A stretch of 64,000 nucleotides of DNA from Octopus vulgaris (GCA_951406725.2 OX597817.1:100316001-100380000), one strand, 5' to 3'. Counted from the first letter of the stretch, positions 41,137-55,669 are shown. The notes: a model not told the origin generated them from the sequence alone. Program-made: numbers and translations.

Positions 41137-42273
41137 GTGAGTTTTCTTCTCTTTATTTTTATTACTCGCATATCTATTTCTTTACTGACCATTAATTAAA
41201 GTCAATACATATGCATAAACACACAGAGATATATGTATATGTGTGTATAAACATATACATGTATGTATGTATGTGTATATATATATGCATACACACAAAC
41301 ATATATAAATATGTATACACACACACATATATATATATATATATTATATATAATCTTGTCTGTATTGTCTACAAGGATTGGTCATAGTATATGGTAGCTG
41401 CAAAAATTAATCAAAATTCACCATTTCACATTGTGTAGAATTTATGAAAATAATCATTCCATTTAATCCAATCAAACTATTATATGTAGAATCAAGTGCT
41501 GAAAATTTGTGATAAAAGTAGTTAAATTATAAACAAAACTGATTAAATCATAAAAATGTTCCTAGTTTTCCACTAATACAAAAGTTGCTCATTTTACAAA
41601 ATTTTTTGTGCATTTAAAAGCAACTTGTTTTAAAGACTACCTGAAAAATTACTGTTGTAGCAATGTACATTATGTTAGAGAAGATAGTAACTGAAAGCTG
41701 AAAGAATGCTTCCATTTTTAAAAACATCAACTCTACTTTCAATATTTTACTTTAAATAAAAATATCTTCTAACTATATCTTGACAAACTTAATTTATCAG
41801 TAATTTTTCCAAATTGTATTTTAATTGACTGGAATTTTGTCTTAGATCAAAAATAACTGATGCTTTCAATTAAAGCAGTAATTTTTTAATAAATTTTTTT
41901 TTTGTGATTAAAAATTTTTTTTTTGCAATTACTCTTGAAATGAATTTAGAAGAAAATAAAAATTACCAAATATTAATTTGGCAAATAATAAGCAATATTA
42001 TGTGTAGTATTGAACACAAAGCTTTATCAAGGAGATAGCCACATCATAGAAAGTAGACTAATGGATACACAAATAATTCCATAAAATTTCTATCAAATTG
42101 ATGAGAAACTAAAATATTTAGTGTTTTACATATACTGGTACAGTTGTTTAATCATATTGGTGCAAGAAACCATATGATTAACCAAGGAATGAAGACCATC
42201 AGCTATATGATTGGTTGAGTTGAAGCAATAGATAAGAGACATAGTTATATTTAATGATAGTATAGTGTCTTAA

Positions 42274-43340
42274 CCCTTTCGTTACCAAACCGGCCGAAAA
42301 AAATTTTGGTTAATGTGACCGAAGCCGCCCGAATTTACCTATTCATATTTAAATGAGAATATCAGGGCAAATCTTTTTAGTACAATCGTGAAAATACATA
42401 TTAAACTTCGTAAAGAGTTCAACTACAGTTTTGTACAAAAATCGAAGTGTAATTTTAATTCCGTGAATTTTGGGAGATTTTTTTCCGAAATTTGTTCCTA
42501 TTGTGTTTTCAAAATTTGTAATTCTGACAAAAAATGGATACGAATTTCATTATATCAAGCAGCGAGTCAGAATTCGAAGGATTTTCTACTGAAGACTTTC
42601 ATAAATCTAACTCTATGACTGAAAAAAAAAAGCATGTGGTATTTGATAATGAATCTGATGTTTCATTTTTCGAAAGTGAAAACAGTGAATCCGAGAGCTC
42701 CGACAGCGATAAAGAAAATGAATTGGCACCTGAATGGAGTGAAAATTTAAAAACTGTTTCTTTCTGTGATTTTTCTGAAGAAACTGGACCAAGCCACAGA
42801 CTTTCCCAGAAGAGTAAAGCCTTAGACTATTTCTTTTTACTTTTTCGAATGAGCCTATTTGAAATCATTACGGCGGAAACGAACCGTTACGCTAAATGTA
42901 AACAAAACGAAAGAAAGGATAGTTAGTGGTTTCCCATAACCTTAAATGAAATTAAGACTATTTTGCCATAAATATTATTATGGGTATCAGAAAGTTACCC
43001 AGAATAACAAATTCTATCGTAAAATTTTGTTGTATACCCAATTGAATATTAGCTAATAACCCATTTTCTATAGCGATGTTTGAACAAAATTGTAATAATT
43101 TTATATTTTGTTGAATTTACCTGTATCTACCTGCAATTAGAGTCACTTTGTGACAAAAATTATAGTATAGAATTGGTTGAGAACATTTCATTAAATTATC
43201 TTCCAAAATTCACGTTAATATATTGATAAATAAAAAAGTTATAGTTGTTTAATGAAACCAGACTAAATTTATGATTATGTTAGAAATTAATTGAAACACA
43301 TAAGGGGTGTATTTTGGTCAGAAATATAGTAACGAAAGGG
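42274..43340 (+). mobile_element. Internally deleted piggyBac transposon with N-terminal transposase remnant
   Basis: TTAA TSDs and perfect 12-bp TIRs ccctttcgttac/gtaacgaaaggg. ORF 42534-42926 has an acidic N-terminus, then GP....LDYFFLLF...EII.AETNRYA (piggyBac/PGBD-like), then truncates. Confidence 0.92.
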
Positions 43341-45382
43341 TTAAGTGCATGAAAGTCAGGGGAATATTTATAGAACAACTACTTTTATTAAGGATACTTG
43401 GATTATTGCTATGCATGGAGAGCAGATTTGACACTTTCTGTGTCAGAAGTTTCAATCTGTGAAGCCAGAAGAAACACAACAATTAGAGGACACCATGGTC
43501 TATCAGACATACCATATGACTTTGTGAGACAAAATGATTGCAGTTGAGCTGAGAAAGTGATTGGGTATCAAGAAAATAGTGCATTAGTAAAGACATTATA
43601 TAAATCAGAAAAAGTGGCATGAAATTAAGTTAGTAAAAAAAAAATGTAGTTAGATCAGACTTTAGAAGGCTGACTGTAATAGTTGAGTTAAATGTAAAAT
43701 TTATTAATTATGAAGGACCAGTTCTCAGTAACGATGGTAGAAGTCATTTGACACCATTAACCTGTATTCTTTAATTAATATTCAAATATAACCTTTTACA
43801 TTTTTATTTACATAGATTTTATAGGTTTCAATCTAGTTTATATTTCCTCTATTCTTGCATCAAACTTCTCTGTTACTGTAAAGCTATTTTGCAAAGTATT
43901 AAAGTTAATTTTAAAATAGTTGTTACATAGTAGTATAGAGGAAGAAATCTTCTGCCAGACTGTAAAATTCCTGAGAATGTTTTCTTCAGATGAGTCCTCT
44001 CCATTGATAAATGACACACATGTGCCAAGTATGATTTTTCTACTAACATTAAATCATTGACAGATACAAATAAGCTGAGATGATGCTTGGTGTTTTTCAC
44101 TTCAACATATATTTGTCTTTTAAAAAGCATCTAAAACAATGTATAAGAAGCATATGTTCTATAGAAAATAATTAAAATATTTTTTGTAACGTAGATTTTA
44201 ACAGTCATATTCACAACTTTATCTTAATACCGATGTATTTTTTGTCCATTTAACAACTTCAAAATTACAAATATTTCACTAACCAATTGATATTTCTTCA
44301 TGAGTGTTGCTTCCATGTTAATTTGTGTCCAATCCTTTTTTGAATTATATGGGATGTTAAAATTTTTAAAAAATTTATTTATTGGTCTCAACTAAACCTG
44401 TTGCTGCATAGTTTTGGCCGTGCTTGTGTGAGATCTGCTGCCATGCTATTTTAGTGGCCTATCTGCCTGCTCAGTGCTCTATTTTAATACTCTCTCTTGC
44501 TCTCTCATCTATCTGTTCTCAGTTTCATTTTAGCTTTATATTTTTACTTGTCATATACCAGTAGATTGTGCATTTTTAAATCTAATTAGAGATTTTTGCA
44601 CTATAAATAGATCTCAGCTTAATTCCATTGAATGTTGCTACGGATGTTATGAAGACTTTTTGCTTTGCAGTTTGAACTTTGTCAATTGCACTAAAATAAT
44701 CACATGTAATTTAACATAAATTTGTATAGACTAATTTTCATAAATCAAATATTTAAAAAATGTAAGAATAGAAATATGTTGTAGATTATATTTTTCTGGT
44801 GGTTTATCTCAATGAGTTTGATCAACCATACAGTGACAGGAAAGTGGTGCTGATATATAAAATTTTGGTACCAGATCATCAAGTATTGGGGAGGTGTTTT
44901 AATTGATCCCAGCTCAAAGCTAAATACCACAAAGAATTTGTTCCAGTACTTTACTGGTTCCATCACCCTTCTGTCCTCATGGTATATAATTCTTTCTAAT
45001 AGGCACATTGTCTCAAAATTCATTTTAACTGGTTATATTCCATCAACACTGGAAGGATGAAGAGCAAAGTCAACCATAACAAGAGCTCAACACGAAGGGA
45101 CATAACTAAATGTTTCAAGGCACTTTGTGTGGTACTCTACTGATTTTGTAATTTACCACACCCAGTATGTGGAATATTGAAATGATGACATATTTGTTAG
45201 CATTTTATGGGTTCTCTATAGGTTTTGCTTTTCAATTTATTTTTTTAAACTCATCCTATCACAAATTGCACTTTCCCTTTTTTATCATTTTATACTGCAT
45301 TTTTCAGAAGTCAGCTTATATTTCATAAAATGACCTTTGGTCCAAATCATTTTAACATAGAGAAATTAACTAAGAAAGTCTT

Positions 45383-45437
<55 letters not shown>

Positions 45438-45977
45438 ACCCACTCATTCATTGCACTTTTTGTGATAAGAATTAATATTTTATGGACAGCATTATGTAAT
45501 CTGAGAATGCTGTAGTTTTACAACTAGCATATTATTTTATTCCAGAATAGAATAAGCATTTTTAAAGTTTAGACATGCCCATAGATACCATGCATGATCT
45601 GTATTTCTTGAAGTCTAATAAGAATAACTTTTATTATATTACTTGAAAAAATATTTGAATACTCTACAACCCAAATAATGCCAGTTTATTCTATTTTTCT
45701 TCAAAAGTGGTCTTCATAAAAAAAAAAATCTGTCAGGGGTGTTTACCATAAAAGTGAATACCACTGACACTTTTAGGAGAGATTTAAATGGTATTAGAGT
45801 GGAATAAGTTTATGAAAATGAAATAGATATTTAATTCAAATATATTTTAAAATATCTAAGTTATAGCCAACACCTTAGAATTCAAACTGGACATACTTTG
45901 CTCTGACATTTAACATTTGGTAACAGTAATGCCGCTCTTCTGAATCACAGAAAGAAGGCATACTTTTCTTAGTTTAA

Positions 45978-46195
45978 CCCTTTAGCATTTAAGCTGGCCG
46001 TATCTGGCCCAAATATGCTTCCTGTTTTATGTTCTGTCCAGTCAGATACAGCCTGTCACACCTACTTTTCAGTGCTACTCTAAAAATATACAATCACATC
46101 ATCAAAATTTCAAAGATATGAGATAAAGCATGATTATTTAAACAGTGTGAATAAAAAAGCATTACATTTGACAGAATAATCTGAATGCTAAAGGG
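45978..46195. mobile_element. piggyBac-type MITE, second copy
   Basis: TTAA|ccctttagcatt...aatgctaaaggg|TTAA. Confidence 0.9.
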
Positions 46196-49100
46196 TTAAT
46201 CATCCCAATATAGATACTTCAAGTTATCTGACAATATTAGGCTTATGAATGCTAAAAGTGATGATTAATACTAGCTAAAAGGAGATTATATCTTACCAAT
46301 AAAATATGATTGGTATTCAAGTTGCATCGTTGCTTTCTCTCTCATCTGTGTTCACATGCATGCATGCGTGTGCACGTGCATACACATACACACACACACA
46401 CACAACTGGCGAAGTTTTTGATCCATACACATATGGACATATAGGTTACAAATTGAAAAAATAACTGTATCATAATCATTGTACTGTAAATATCTTAAGC
46501 TCCAGCAATTAATATGTATCAATTAGCTTAAAACTATTTTCTAATGTAAACTATAATTTCATATTAAATGTATAAAGATTTGAGCAGAATGAAATTAAAA
46601 TGTCGCCATCATTTTTTAAATATCAGTTTATATAATCTTTTGACCTTTCACAAAATTAACTGATCCTTTACATTATTGTCATTTTGAAAGATACCAACAA
46701 AGAAATTCATATAAAAAATATAAAATAATTTGGTTAAAATTCTTCTTTATCTGTTACATGGAGTTTAAAATAATCAATGTTAAATATATCATCCTGTTTT
46801 CTCTCTTATTTTCAATTTCTGACGTCATGGTTACCACTACTTTGTTGTTGAAAGATTCATTGCTATTTTATCTTCTGTTATAAATGCAATTGAACATTAA
46901 ATAGACTGCACAACTAACCTAAACCTGCATGATTTAATCCTGGCATTATTATTAACACAATATAATTACATAATTTCTACTCCTGTCATTTTAAGGGCAT
47001 TGTGCTAAATGCCTCATGAAGCATGCCTCTTCATCTGCATGTTGTCTGGCCAGTTGTGAGTGTAAACAAGAGTTTGCTAAGTGTAATGGCTGTACAACAA
47101 TGCTCATCAATCCAGCCATTCATTCATTCATTCATACATTCAGTCTTTTGACCTTAAAAGTATTTGTTAGAATGTTGATGGGTTACAAACTCATCAGTTG
47201 ATTTTTTCCTTTTATTGTATACTAATTTTACTTAGAGTATTTTTAATGTTCATTGTCTTTGTATTTTGAACTTTGTGTTGCTAATTAATTTTAAAAAAAA
47301 TTCTATCCAGAAAGTTATAAGATCTTAAAAATGACTTAATGTAAAAACTAAAGAACTTAGTGAATAATGATTGTTTTTATTGGAATTTTTTTTAGAGGTT
47401 ATCACCTCACTTATAGTTCAATGTTAGGTCAACCAATGTTTAGTTGTGATTCTTAAAGTACAGAGTTTCAGTATTGAGATGATTTTAATTTAATTTAAGC
47501 AATATTTTTTATAAATGATATCAATGACATTAATAAACTTAATAACCTCTGCTGTTAAAATTTGTTTAAGATATTGCTTGAAGTAGGCAGCTGTCTGCTG
47601 TTATTTGCCTACTTTTATGTGATTAATACTAGATTGAGATAGTTGACATCTCTGCATGTCCTCTTCATACTTCAGTATAAAATAAGTTTTTACTTCTAGG
47701 TTTAACCACAATCAGTTAGTCCATTTTGGGGAAGAAAAAAATTGTGGCAAGTGAATGAATTGAAACGACATTTAAAAATCTATACTTTCACTGTAACTTT
47801 TTAAACTTCATTGAGATATTAATCAGATAACAGTAATAAATAAACTTTGAGCATTAGACGTAACATGATCTTAGGCAAATTACAGTCTCTAAGGAGTGGC
47901 ATTGAAGAGTTGTTGCCCATGCATCTTTGATAACATTTAAGCAGTAACATAAAGTGGCAACTATTGTTAATCAGAGCAAAATAAAGAGTAGCTGTGAGAA
48001 CAATATCGTAAAAGTAAAATTTCAGTACTGATTCTTATGTCCTTAGCTCTCATAAGAGCTAAGGATGTAAAAGTTGCTTTTATTTTTGCTTACAAGTATT
48101 ATTTATATGTATGCATGTATGTGGTCATGTTCTTCTTAATTTGAAATTACAGTTCATTCAAATTAATATACAAACCTTTTCATTGAACATCCCTAAATAC
48201 AAACTTGAATAATCATAGTAAACTGCGTACCTCAAAAGATATATTAAAAATGAAGACTTAGTCCTAACTTCAAAAGAAATAATTCTGCTATGCTCTAATA
48301 ATTATTTCAATACATAATACATCATTATATCCATTTCAGCTAACTTTGTGCAGACTGGTATATTTATCAAATCATTTCAATATCATAATTTTAAATGAGA
48401 AATTTGTGTGATTATTAGTAGTTAATTATTCTTAAGCTCTATACATTTCACTGTTGCAATATTCTTCCACTTATAATTCTTGTAACCTTTTCATGTACTG
48501 AAATGTAAATATGTCTTGTGTATCAGCTTCATTACAAAAAAAAAAAAAAAAAGATTATTTTAAATTTCTTTTACCTTTTATGTAAACAGCTATGTAGAGA
48601 GTCTGTATGATAAATATTTTCTTCATAAATAATATCAAGAATAAAATTTAGTTATAAAAATTAGACATTACATTTACTTCAGTAGCCATTAGTAGTTTTT
48701 CTTTATTTCAACCTTCCAGGATGAAATGCAAATTTGACTATGGTGGGATTTGAAGTCAGAAAATTAAGAGGTGTAACTAAATTAGACATTTTGCTATTTG
48801 TCATTGATAAAGGGCATTTTTTTTAATGCTGATTCTCTATCGAATTTACTATTCCTTTTCCCTCTTTTCTTTCTTTTTTTTTTGAGTAAAGGAAAATGAT
48901 ATACTATTTTTGCATCAGTTTAAAATCTTAAGACATAGAAGACACCTACATTTTCCCCCAGTTATTTGGGGAATGGACTTGGGTTCCTTCAATGAAAAAT
49001 ATTGAAATTGTCTAATTTTGTTAAAGCATGTCACCATAGAAAAAAAATATGGGTTTGCAGGTGAGGTTGATGTTAGAAAATTTTCTGGAAAAAAAAATCT

Positions 49101-51902
49101 ATATATGTGAGTGTATGTTTGTATGTATGTACATATATATATGTGTATGTATGAGTGTGTGTGTGTATATATGAATATCAACGTGTATGCACAACACATA
49201 TGCAAAACAGTATTTATAGATGAATTTCAGCTGACTTTGCCGATTCGTTTTGTATATGGGGTAGTTTGGAGACAGGGGGAAAGACCTGGGCACTCTTCAG
49301 AAGGGCTGGTAGGAATCATGTGGCAACAACTGGTTACCACTGGAGGTCAGGAAGTCTCACATTTGGTTTGTGGGTGTTGTGAAAAAACAGGACTACCTAA
49401 AATGTAAAAGCAAAATCTTTTTGATCCTGGTTGCATGAACAGAAATTTGTATCTGGATACTGGTGGACCACACCATGAATATGAACATAAGACCTTCCAC
49501 CATCAGTACTTCCTTCCAATCACCACCGTCTTAGGGTCCAGTACACGGTTTGCCACACCCAGCTTTTTACATACAAGCACACTTGCACCTCCCGCCCCCA
49601 AATATACATCAACTCCATTCCGCTTGTACCCCAACCCCACTTTACAGTCATTTACCTCTTACTTTCTGATGGTACTGTCTGATCCTTGTGTGCAGGTATA
49701 CTACAATTTATGAAGAATGATTAAAAGATTAACCATAAGTCAAGTAAAGGAAACCAGCAATGAAAGCTGGAAGTACAGACATAATACATAGAATAAAACA
49801 CAAAAAGATAGAAAAGTGAACAGTAAAAGAGCCATAAAGAGGAAAGAGTGCATGGTATATCAGGAGTAGTAAATTTCTGGAAGCATGAAATTTTTGAAGC
49901 ATGCAGTATCCAAACAGCTAACAAATAACATAGGTAGCTTATCCATGCTTTGCCAATTCTGAGTGTGATAAACTTTTCCCAAAAGTCATGGGTGTGGCAC
50001 TGTTTTTTTTTGTTGTTTTTTTATCTAACATTTTTTATCTGCACAACTAGAGTTACTGATTTCAAGAGAATGGTCAAATTTCTTGATGGAAAGATATGGG
50101 CTTGTGTGTCTGGGCACGTGTGCATGCATGTGTGTGTGTGTGCATGCACATTTGTACCTTTACCTAAATCACAGTTAAATGGGTTGTGACTGTCAGTGAT
50201 AATGATAAATATAATTCTTATTTCTAATCAACATATTCCTTTACAAGTCAACGAAAGAGTGATCATATGGAATAACAGCCAAATTTTCCCCAAACTGCCC
50301 TCTACCATCTTAAAAATAAAAAAAGACAAACACATTAGATAATGTAGCCCCAGATAATTCTAAAAGGGTTTGGTCATTACAGATAGAATGCTTTTGATCA
50401 GTAGCCTGCTTGATCAAGTTTGACCTGGAGCTAAACAACAACAGTTTTCTTCCTTTTTGTATCCTTTGGGAAACTAAGTCAGTTGTAACATAAACAACTA
50501 GAAAGTATTGTATCCCAGTAGTTTCTGGTTGTTTGATTGAAGGACATTTATTAAAAAAAATCATAAACAATGCCTGTCCATGTGTGTCTGTTTCTCTGTC
50601 TGTCAGCTTTATAAATAAATTTGGAGATTTATGAGGAAGGGAAACCAAATTTCTTAGAGTTGAATAAAATATTCTCATACAGAATAGTTTTATTCTTTTA
50701 TTGGTTCAGTTATTGGACCACAACCATTTATCAAATGGCTAAGTCTTCTTTAGTGCAAAGAAACTCAACTCCTTACCTAAATGCCACTCATTTACTGATA
50801 CACTCATTTACACTGGTACTCACACATACATACTTGACAGGCTTCTGCACTGTTTCCATGTATCAAATTTGACTTACATGGCACTACTCAACCTGAGGGT
50901 ATCTTAGGAGATTTTTGCTTGAGCTACTATTGAATTGGATAAAAGTTGGAAGCATGTGTTTGTGAAGCAAACTTTAACCCAAAATATATATTCGTAGACA
51001 TTTTATATCTTTTTAGATAACTGCAAAGAATAATATGATTGATATTAAAAGCAGCTCTTAATGTCTCATTTAGTTTATTTAAAACATTTTTAGTACCCCA
51101 AAAAGATTGTAGTATGGCTGTGAATAACAGCACCTTTGACAATATAAGCTTCCAGAACACCTCTGCATATATGTACTTCTTTCATAGAGCAAGACAAAAA
51201 CTTTTGAGCAGAATCTGTATATGATGCTATATGACCAGGGAAGTTACTTTATTATTAAAGATGGTGTTATATATATTCCATGTATGGCTTCAATATTGAT
51301 GATTAAAATTTACATTTCAAAGCACCTGAATGACTATTATTATTATTATGTAGTGGATTACATATTAAACTGGTAATCTTATGGAAAAAACTGTCATACT
51401 TTCAATGCCAGTGAGTAAAATAATTAGTAAAACAATATCAAATGTATACTTGTATTTGGTACAAAACATGAAATTTAATTTTTAAAATGTGACACTTTTT
51501 CTTTACTAGTATTTATGAAAAATTTCCAGGACTATGGGACAATGTATAAAAATATTTTGAGAAAAAAAAATGTACCCCTTACCCCACTCTCTTACCATTT
51601 TACATGTTTTCATCAATAGAATGTGGCAATGCAGGGACATTGCCTTGAAGATTTTTTGTAATGATATTGATCCCAACACTTGTAATGGATCTTTATTATT
51701 GTAGCATTAAGTTTTGGGACGTAAGCACAATTTTTTTTTTGAGTACTGTCAAAATAAAAAATGACAAGCATAGTAATAGAGACATACATATATGTATGAC
51801 AGACTTCTGCACAATTTCACTCCCAAAGTTATAATAGAGAAAAACTTGTCCAACATGCCACATCTGAAACAATATGGTTGGAGTCATGCTTGCACTGAAA
51901 AG

Positions 51903-51975
<73 letters not shown>

Positions 51976-54386
51976 ATGTAGATACACAGTATTTTTTTAT
52001 AACAGCTGTATTTTCACACACATGCACTTAATACTTTATATGCACACATGAAAAACATCTCTAAAAATTAGCCAAATCATCAGAAACAAACCTACACATG
52101 ATGTAAAATAAGCATGCACTCTCTCTCACACAATAATGGTTGTGAAATCATTCACACTGTATCTAATGTATTTTGATGCCTCACTCATATGGCATGGTCT
52201 TAATATCATTGTGTTCATCTACATTTATATGTCTGAGTTGCAGGTATGGTTGTGTTTAAGCTTGCTTCACAACCACGTTTCAGATTCAGTCCCATTGTAC
52301 GGCACTTTGGGCACAGTGTCATCTATGACTACCCTGAGTCAAAGTCTTATGAATAAATATAGTAAATGGAAACTGTGCAGAAGCCTTTTGTGTGTGTATA
52401 CTTTGTGTTTCTCTCATTGCTTGACAACTGGTGTTGGTTTGTTTAAATCCCCATAACTTAGCAATTTGTCAAAAGGTAACCAATAGAATAAATACTTGAC
52501 TTAAACTTTTGATTTTTACCATCATAACAGCAAATAAATTTTGAACATTACTGAGAACTGTGAATTTTAAACGTGTTTACACACATACAGAAAGATATAC
52601 ATGTGTGTGTATGTGTGTTTTATAACTTGCTCATAACTGTTATGCTAAAGTCTATTGTGTTTGTCAATTCTGTGCTCAGTCTGGTGCAGTCTGTTCATAA
52701 TCAAGTCAGTAATGGTGATAGCCCATCTCTGCATGCCAGCTTAGGTGGGGTTTTTTAATATCTTTTAATATATCCCCTGTTAATCCTCCCCATTTCTTAG
52801 GCTTCTGCATTAGTTATATCTTTATCATCTGCAACTACTAACACATATCACTTACCAGTTGGCAAATTGTTATTGTATAATGAATTTCAGACTGAAAATT
52901 GAATTATTTATGAGTAAGTACATCAACTATTTATTCTGTTTGTAATTGCTTAGAAAATATTTATGGGGAAATGTTTAGCTATTTTAATATATTTACATAT
53001 TTTTGTTTTTACCTTGTACTTTTTCTTTGCAATTTTTAAATATTTTAATCATGTTACAAACTAATGAATAATAAACTTAAGTTGAATTAGCTATTATATT
53101 TTTCCTGAAATACTTTATTAATTTTTTTTTTCGTATTATGTACACACACACGTCTTTATGTATGATTCTTCTTTTTTCTTTATTTGTTTCTTTCTATTTC
53201 TCATTTGACTGAAAAGTTTCAATATTGATAAGTGTAACTAATATTAAGGTTTATTTCCTGTTTTGTCAACAATATCTATATAAATTTACAAACTTTTACT
53301 TCATTTAGCCTCAAGTGAAATCAAATAGCCTTTATTGGACTTCATAAAGACTTAGTGTATCCATTTATCACTATGGGTCACAATGATAAGTGATAAACTC
53401 TATACAGGGACAGCAGCATTATGTATTATGTTTATAAAAAAAAAAAAAAAGTAGAATGCTGTGAGCAACATTATTAAAGTTCTTGATGTGTACTTTTTGA
53501 ACATCTGTCACAATGTTACACCAGCAATGATAACTTTCTTTTGAGTGACTGTGTGTGTGATATAAAGCTACAAGGAAAATCAGAATTAGATGAAATCTTG
53601 AAATATCATTAGTCATCAATTACAGTCCTTTCAGATAGCTTATTTAATATGCAATTATACAGAAAACATTTTTACATAGAATACTAATTATTAGATTCAA
53701 TAGCCGTGTGGTGTTATTGAGTTAAAAAAACCCAAACTGAAGTGATTGTAGCATTTCCAATAAAGAGACATAAATGCTGATATGGAAGAGGCAGTTTTTT
53801 TATCATGAAAAGAATACATTTATTAAATTTGTACAATAATGTTTACTTCAATTCTTTAAATCAATAATTAAATTAGTTTTTAATTTAGTTGTGTTATACT
53901 AGTTGTGTCTCAAATGAGGTAATCAGCATCGCCGTGAATTTATTTCTATTGGTCAGTAAAAATCAAGTTCTTAATGTAAAAGATTATATCCAGTTGTAGA
54001 TAAAAAGAGATGGAAATTATTATCTAATCTATCGGCAGAAACAAAACAGAACATCTGTTCTCTTTCTCTCTTTATAGACAAAATAGAATCAGTATTTTAA
54101 AATATTTTACTTTGTTTATTTCTTTACAAAATTTACTATTCAAGAGTGTTCATCATGGCTTCATCACCTTTATCTCCAATGTGGTTGCAACATTAAATTA
54201 CAACAAAGTTAATCTAGAATACATGTTAATGTTCTTATTTTCAGATAATTAACACCCAGTGTTACTACTTTAAGTTTGATTCAAGAACATAGTTCAATAT
54301 TGTTTAATTTGAACCACATGACTATTTATTTACTGTGAGAGATTTACTAACATTTGGATTCTTATTTGATTTTAACAAATTTTCAG

Positions 54387-54482
54387 TTTGCTAAGAGTGC
54401 AAAGCATGATGTTCCTGAACATATCCAATATGGTAAACTTCTCAAAGAACTTGTAAAAGTGTCTCGGAATTTTGAAGTTCAG
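54387..54482 (+). CDS. PHF8: KDM7/PHF8-like exon (end of helical domain)
   Basis: tttcag| start, CAG|gtaaat end, phase 0-0. Encodes FAKSAKHDVPEHIQYGKLLKELVKVSRNFEVQ, which resembles the IPE......LIKDL segment that follows WTxK in PHF8/KDM7A. Confidence 0.88.
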
Positions 54483-55498
54483 GTAAATACTTCATTTCTA
54501 ATAATTGCATTACTGTTTTCAACTTCCAGTTAATATATTTTTATTTAAAGAAAATGCAGCTGAAATAGATTCTTTTATCTTTTATTCAGCTGTTTAAACA
54601 GAAAAAAACTTTTATGGTTTTAATGTTTATTATTCACAATATTTGTTCCACAATTTTTACACAATCTTGCAACTTAATGACTATTCTCTAAATACATTTC
54701 TTCTAGATAATAGAAGTTGATTTGTTATATAAAGATATTAACTATAAATTAAATACATTATCTAATATTTCTTCAAAGTCTCAACAGTCATTTCAGTGAC
54801 AAATTGAAGTTCCTGTATAGTTGTAGCCCAAACTGTTACTTTAATACAGGTTAATATTTACATGGTAAAATAAAATATGACAATTCTGTTTTTCTGTTTT
54901 TATATCTATCATAATTGTATATGGTATTCACTATGACAGCATTATGTGTTTGTGGGTTTGATTGTGCTTGACAACTTCTTGAGGAGATTTATACAATAAC
55001 TTTGAGTTGACTCAGCTGTGTAAGTGAAAGTGGAGGTAGATAGAAATTGTGCAAAAAATCTGTCTGTTCTGGAGTGATTGACTTAATCTACCATCTAATT
55101 CAATCCTCTTATGTCTAAGAGGAGAAGGGCAGAACTTCTGACCTTCTGCCTCCAGTTTTGTAGGCTCTACCTACAAAAAAGTTGCAAACTTATTTGTCTA
55201 GTCATTAATTGTTTTACTGAAAGGCAAATATGGATAAATAAAGTTTAAAATCATTAGAAATTCTACTGTAATATATATGATTTGCAAAAATAATGTACTC
55301 CTTAAATAGTTGCATTGTCTCTTTGAAGACTTTAATTAGCTGTTGCTGTATCATGTTATGGTGGGTTATTTTATTCAGCTTTTGTTGTGCACCTTTCATA
55401 TTAACTTAATTTCTTATATATAATAAGGAAAATAACTGTTGCCATATTTTCATTTGGTATATGAATTATCTAATCAATGACGTATTTGTCTGGACTAG

Positions 55499-55669
55499 AA
55501 GACTGCCTTAAAACCTAAAATTGAGAGAAAAAAGCGAAAGAAGAATATTCCTACCCCAAAGCAGATGGAAAGCCTTGACATCCTTCATCAGCATACAACA
55601 GAGAAACTTCAAGAACTTCAGAAACAAGAACACAAAAATGAAGAGCACAAAAACGTTTATGCTTTTTCA
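55499..55669 (+). CDS. PHF8: KDM7/PHF8-like exon (basic NLS-like and coiled region)
   Basis: ctag|AAG start, TCA|gtgagt end. Encodes KTALKPKIERKKRKKNIPTPKQMESLDILHQHTTEKLQELQKQEHKNEEHKNVYAFS; 171 nt, phase 0-0. Confidence 0.85.
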
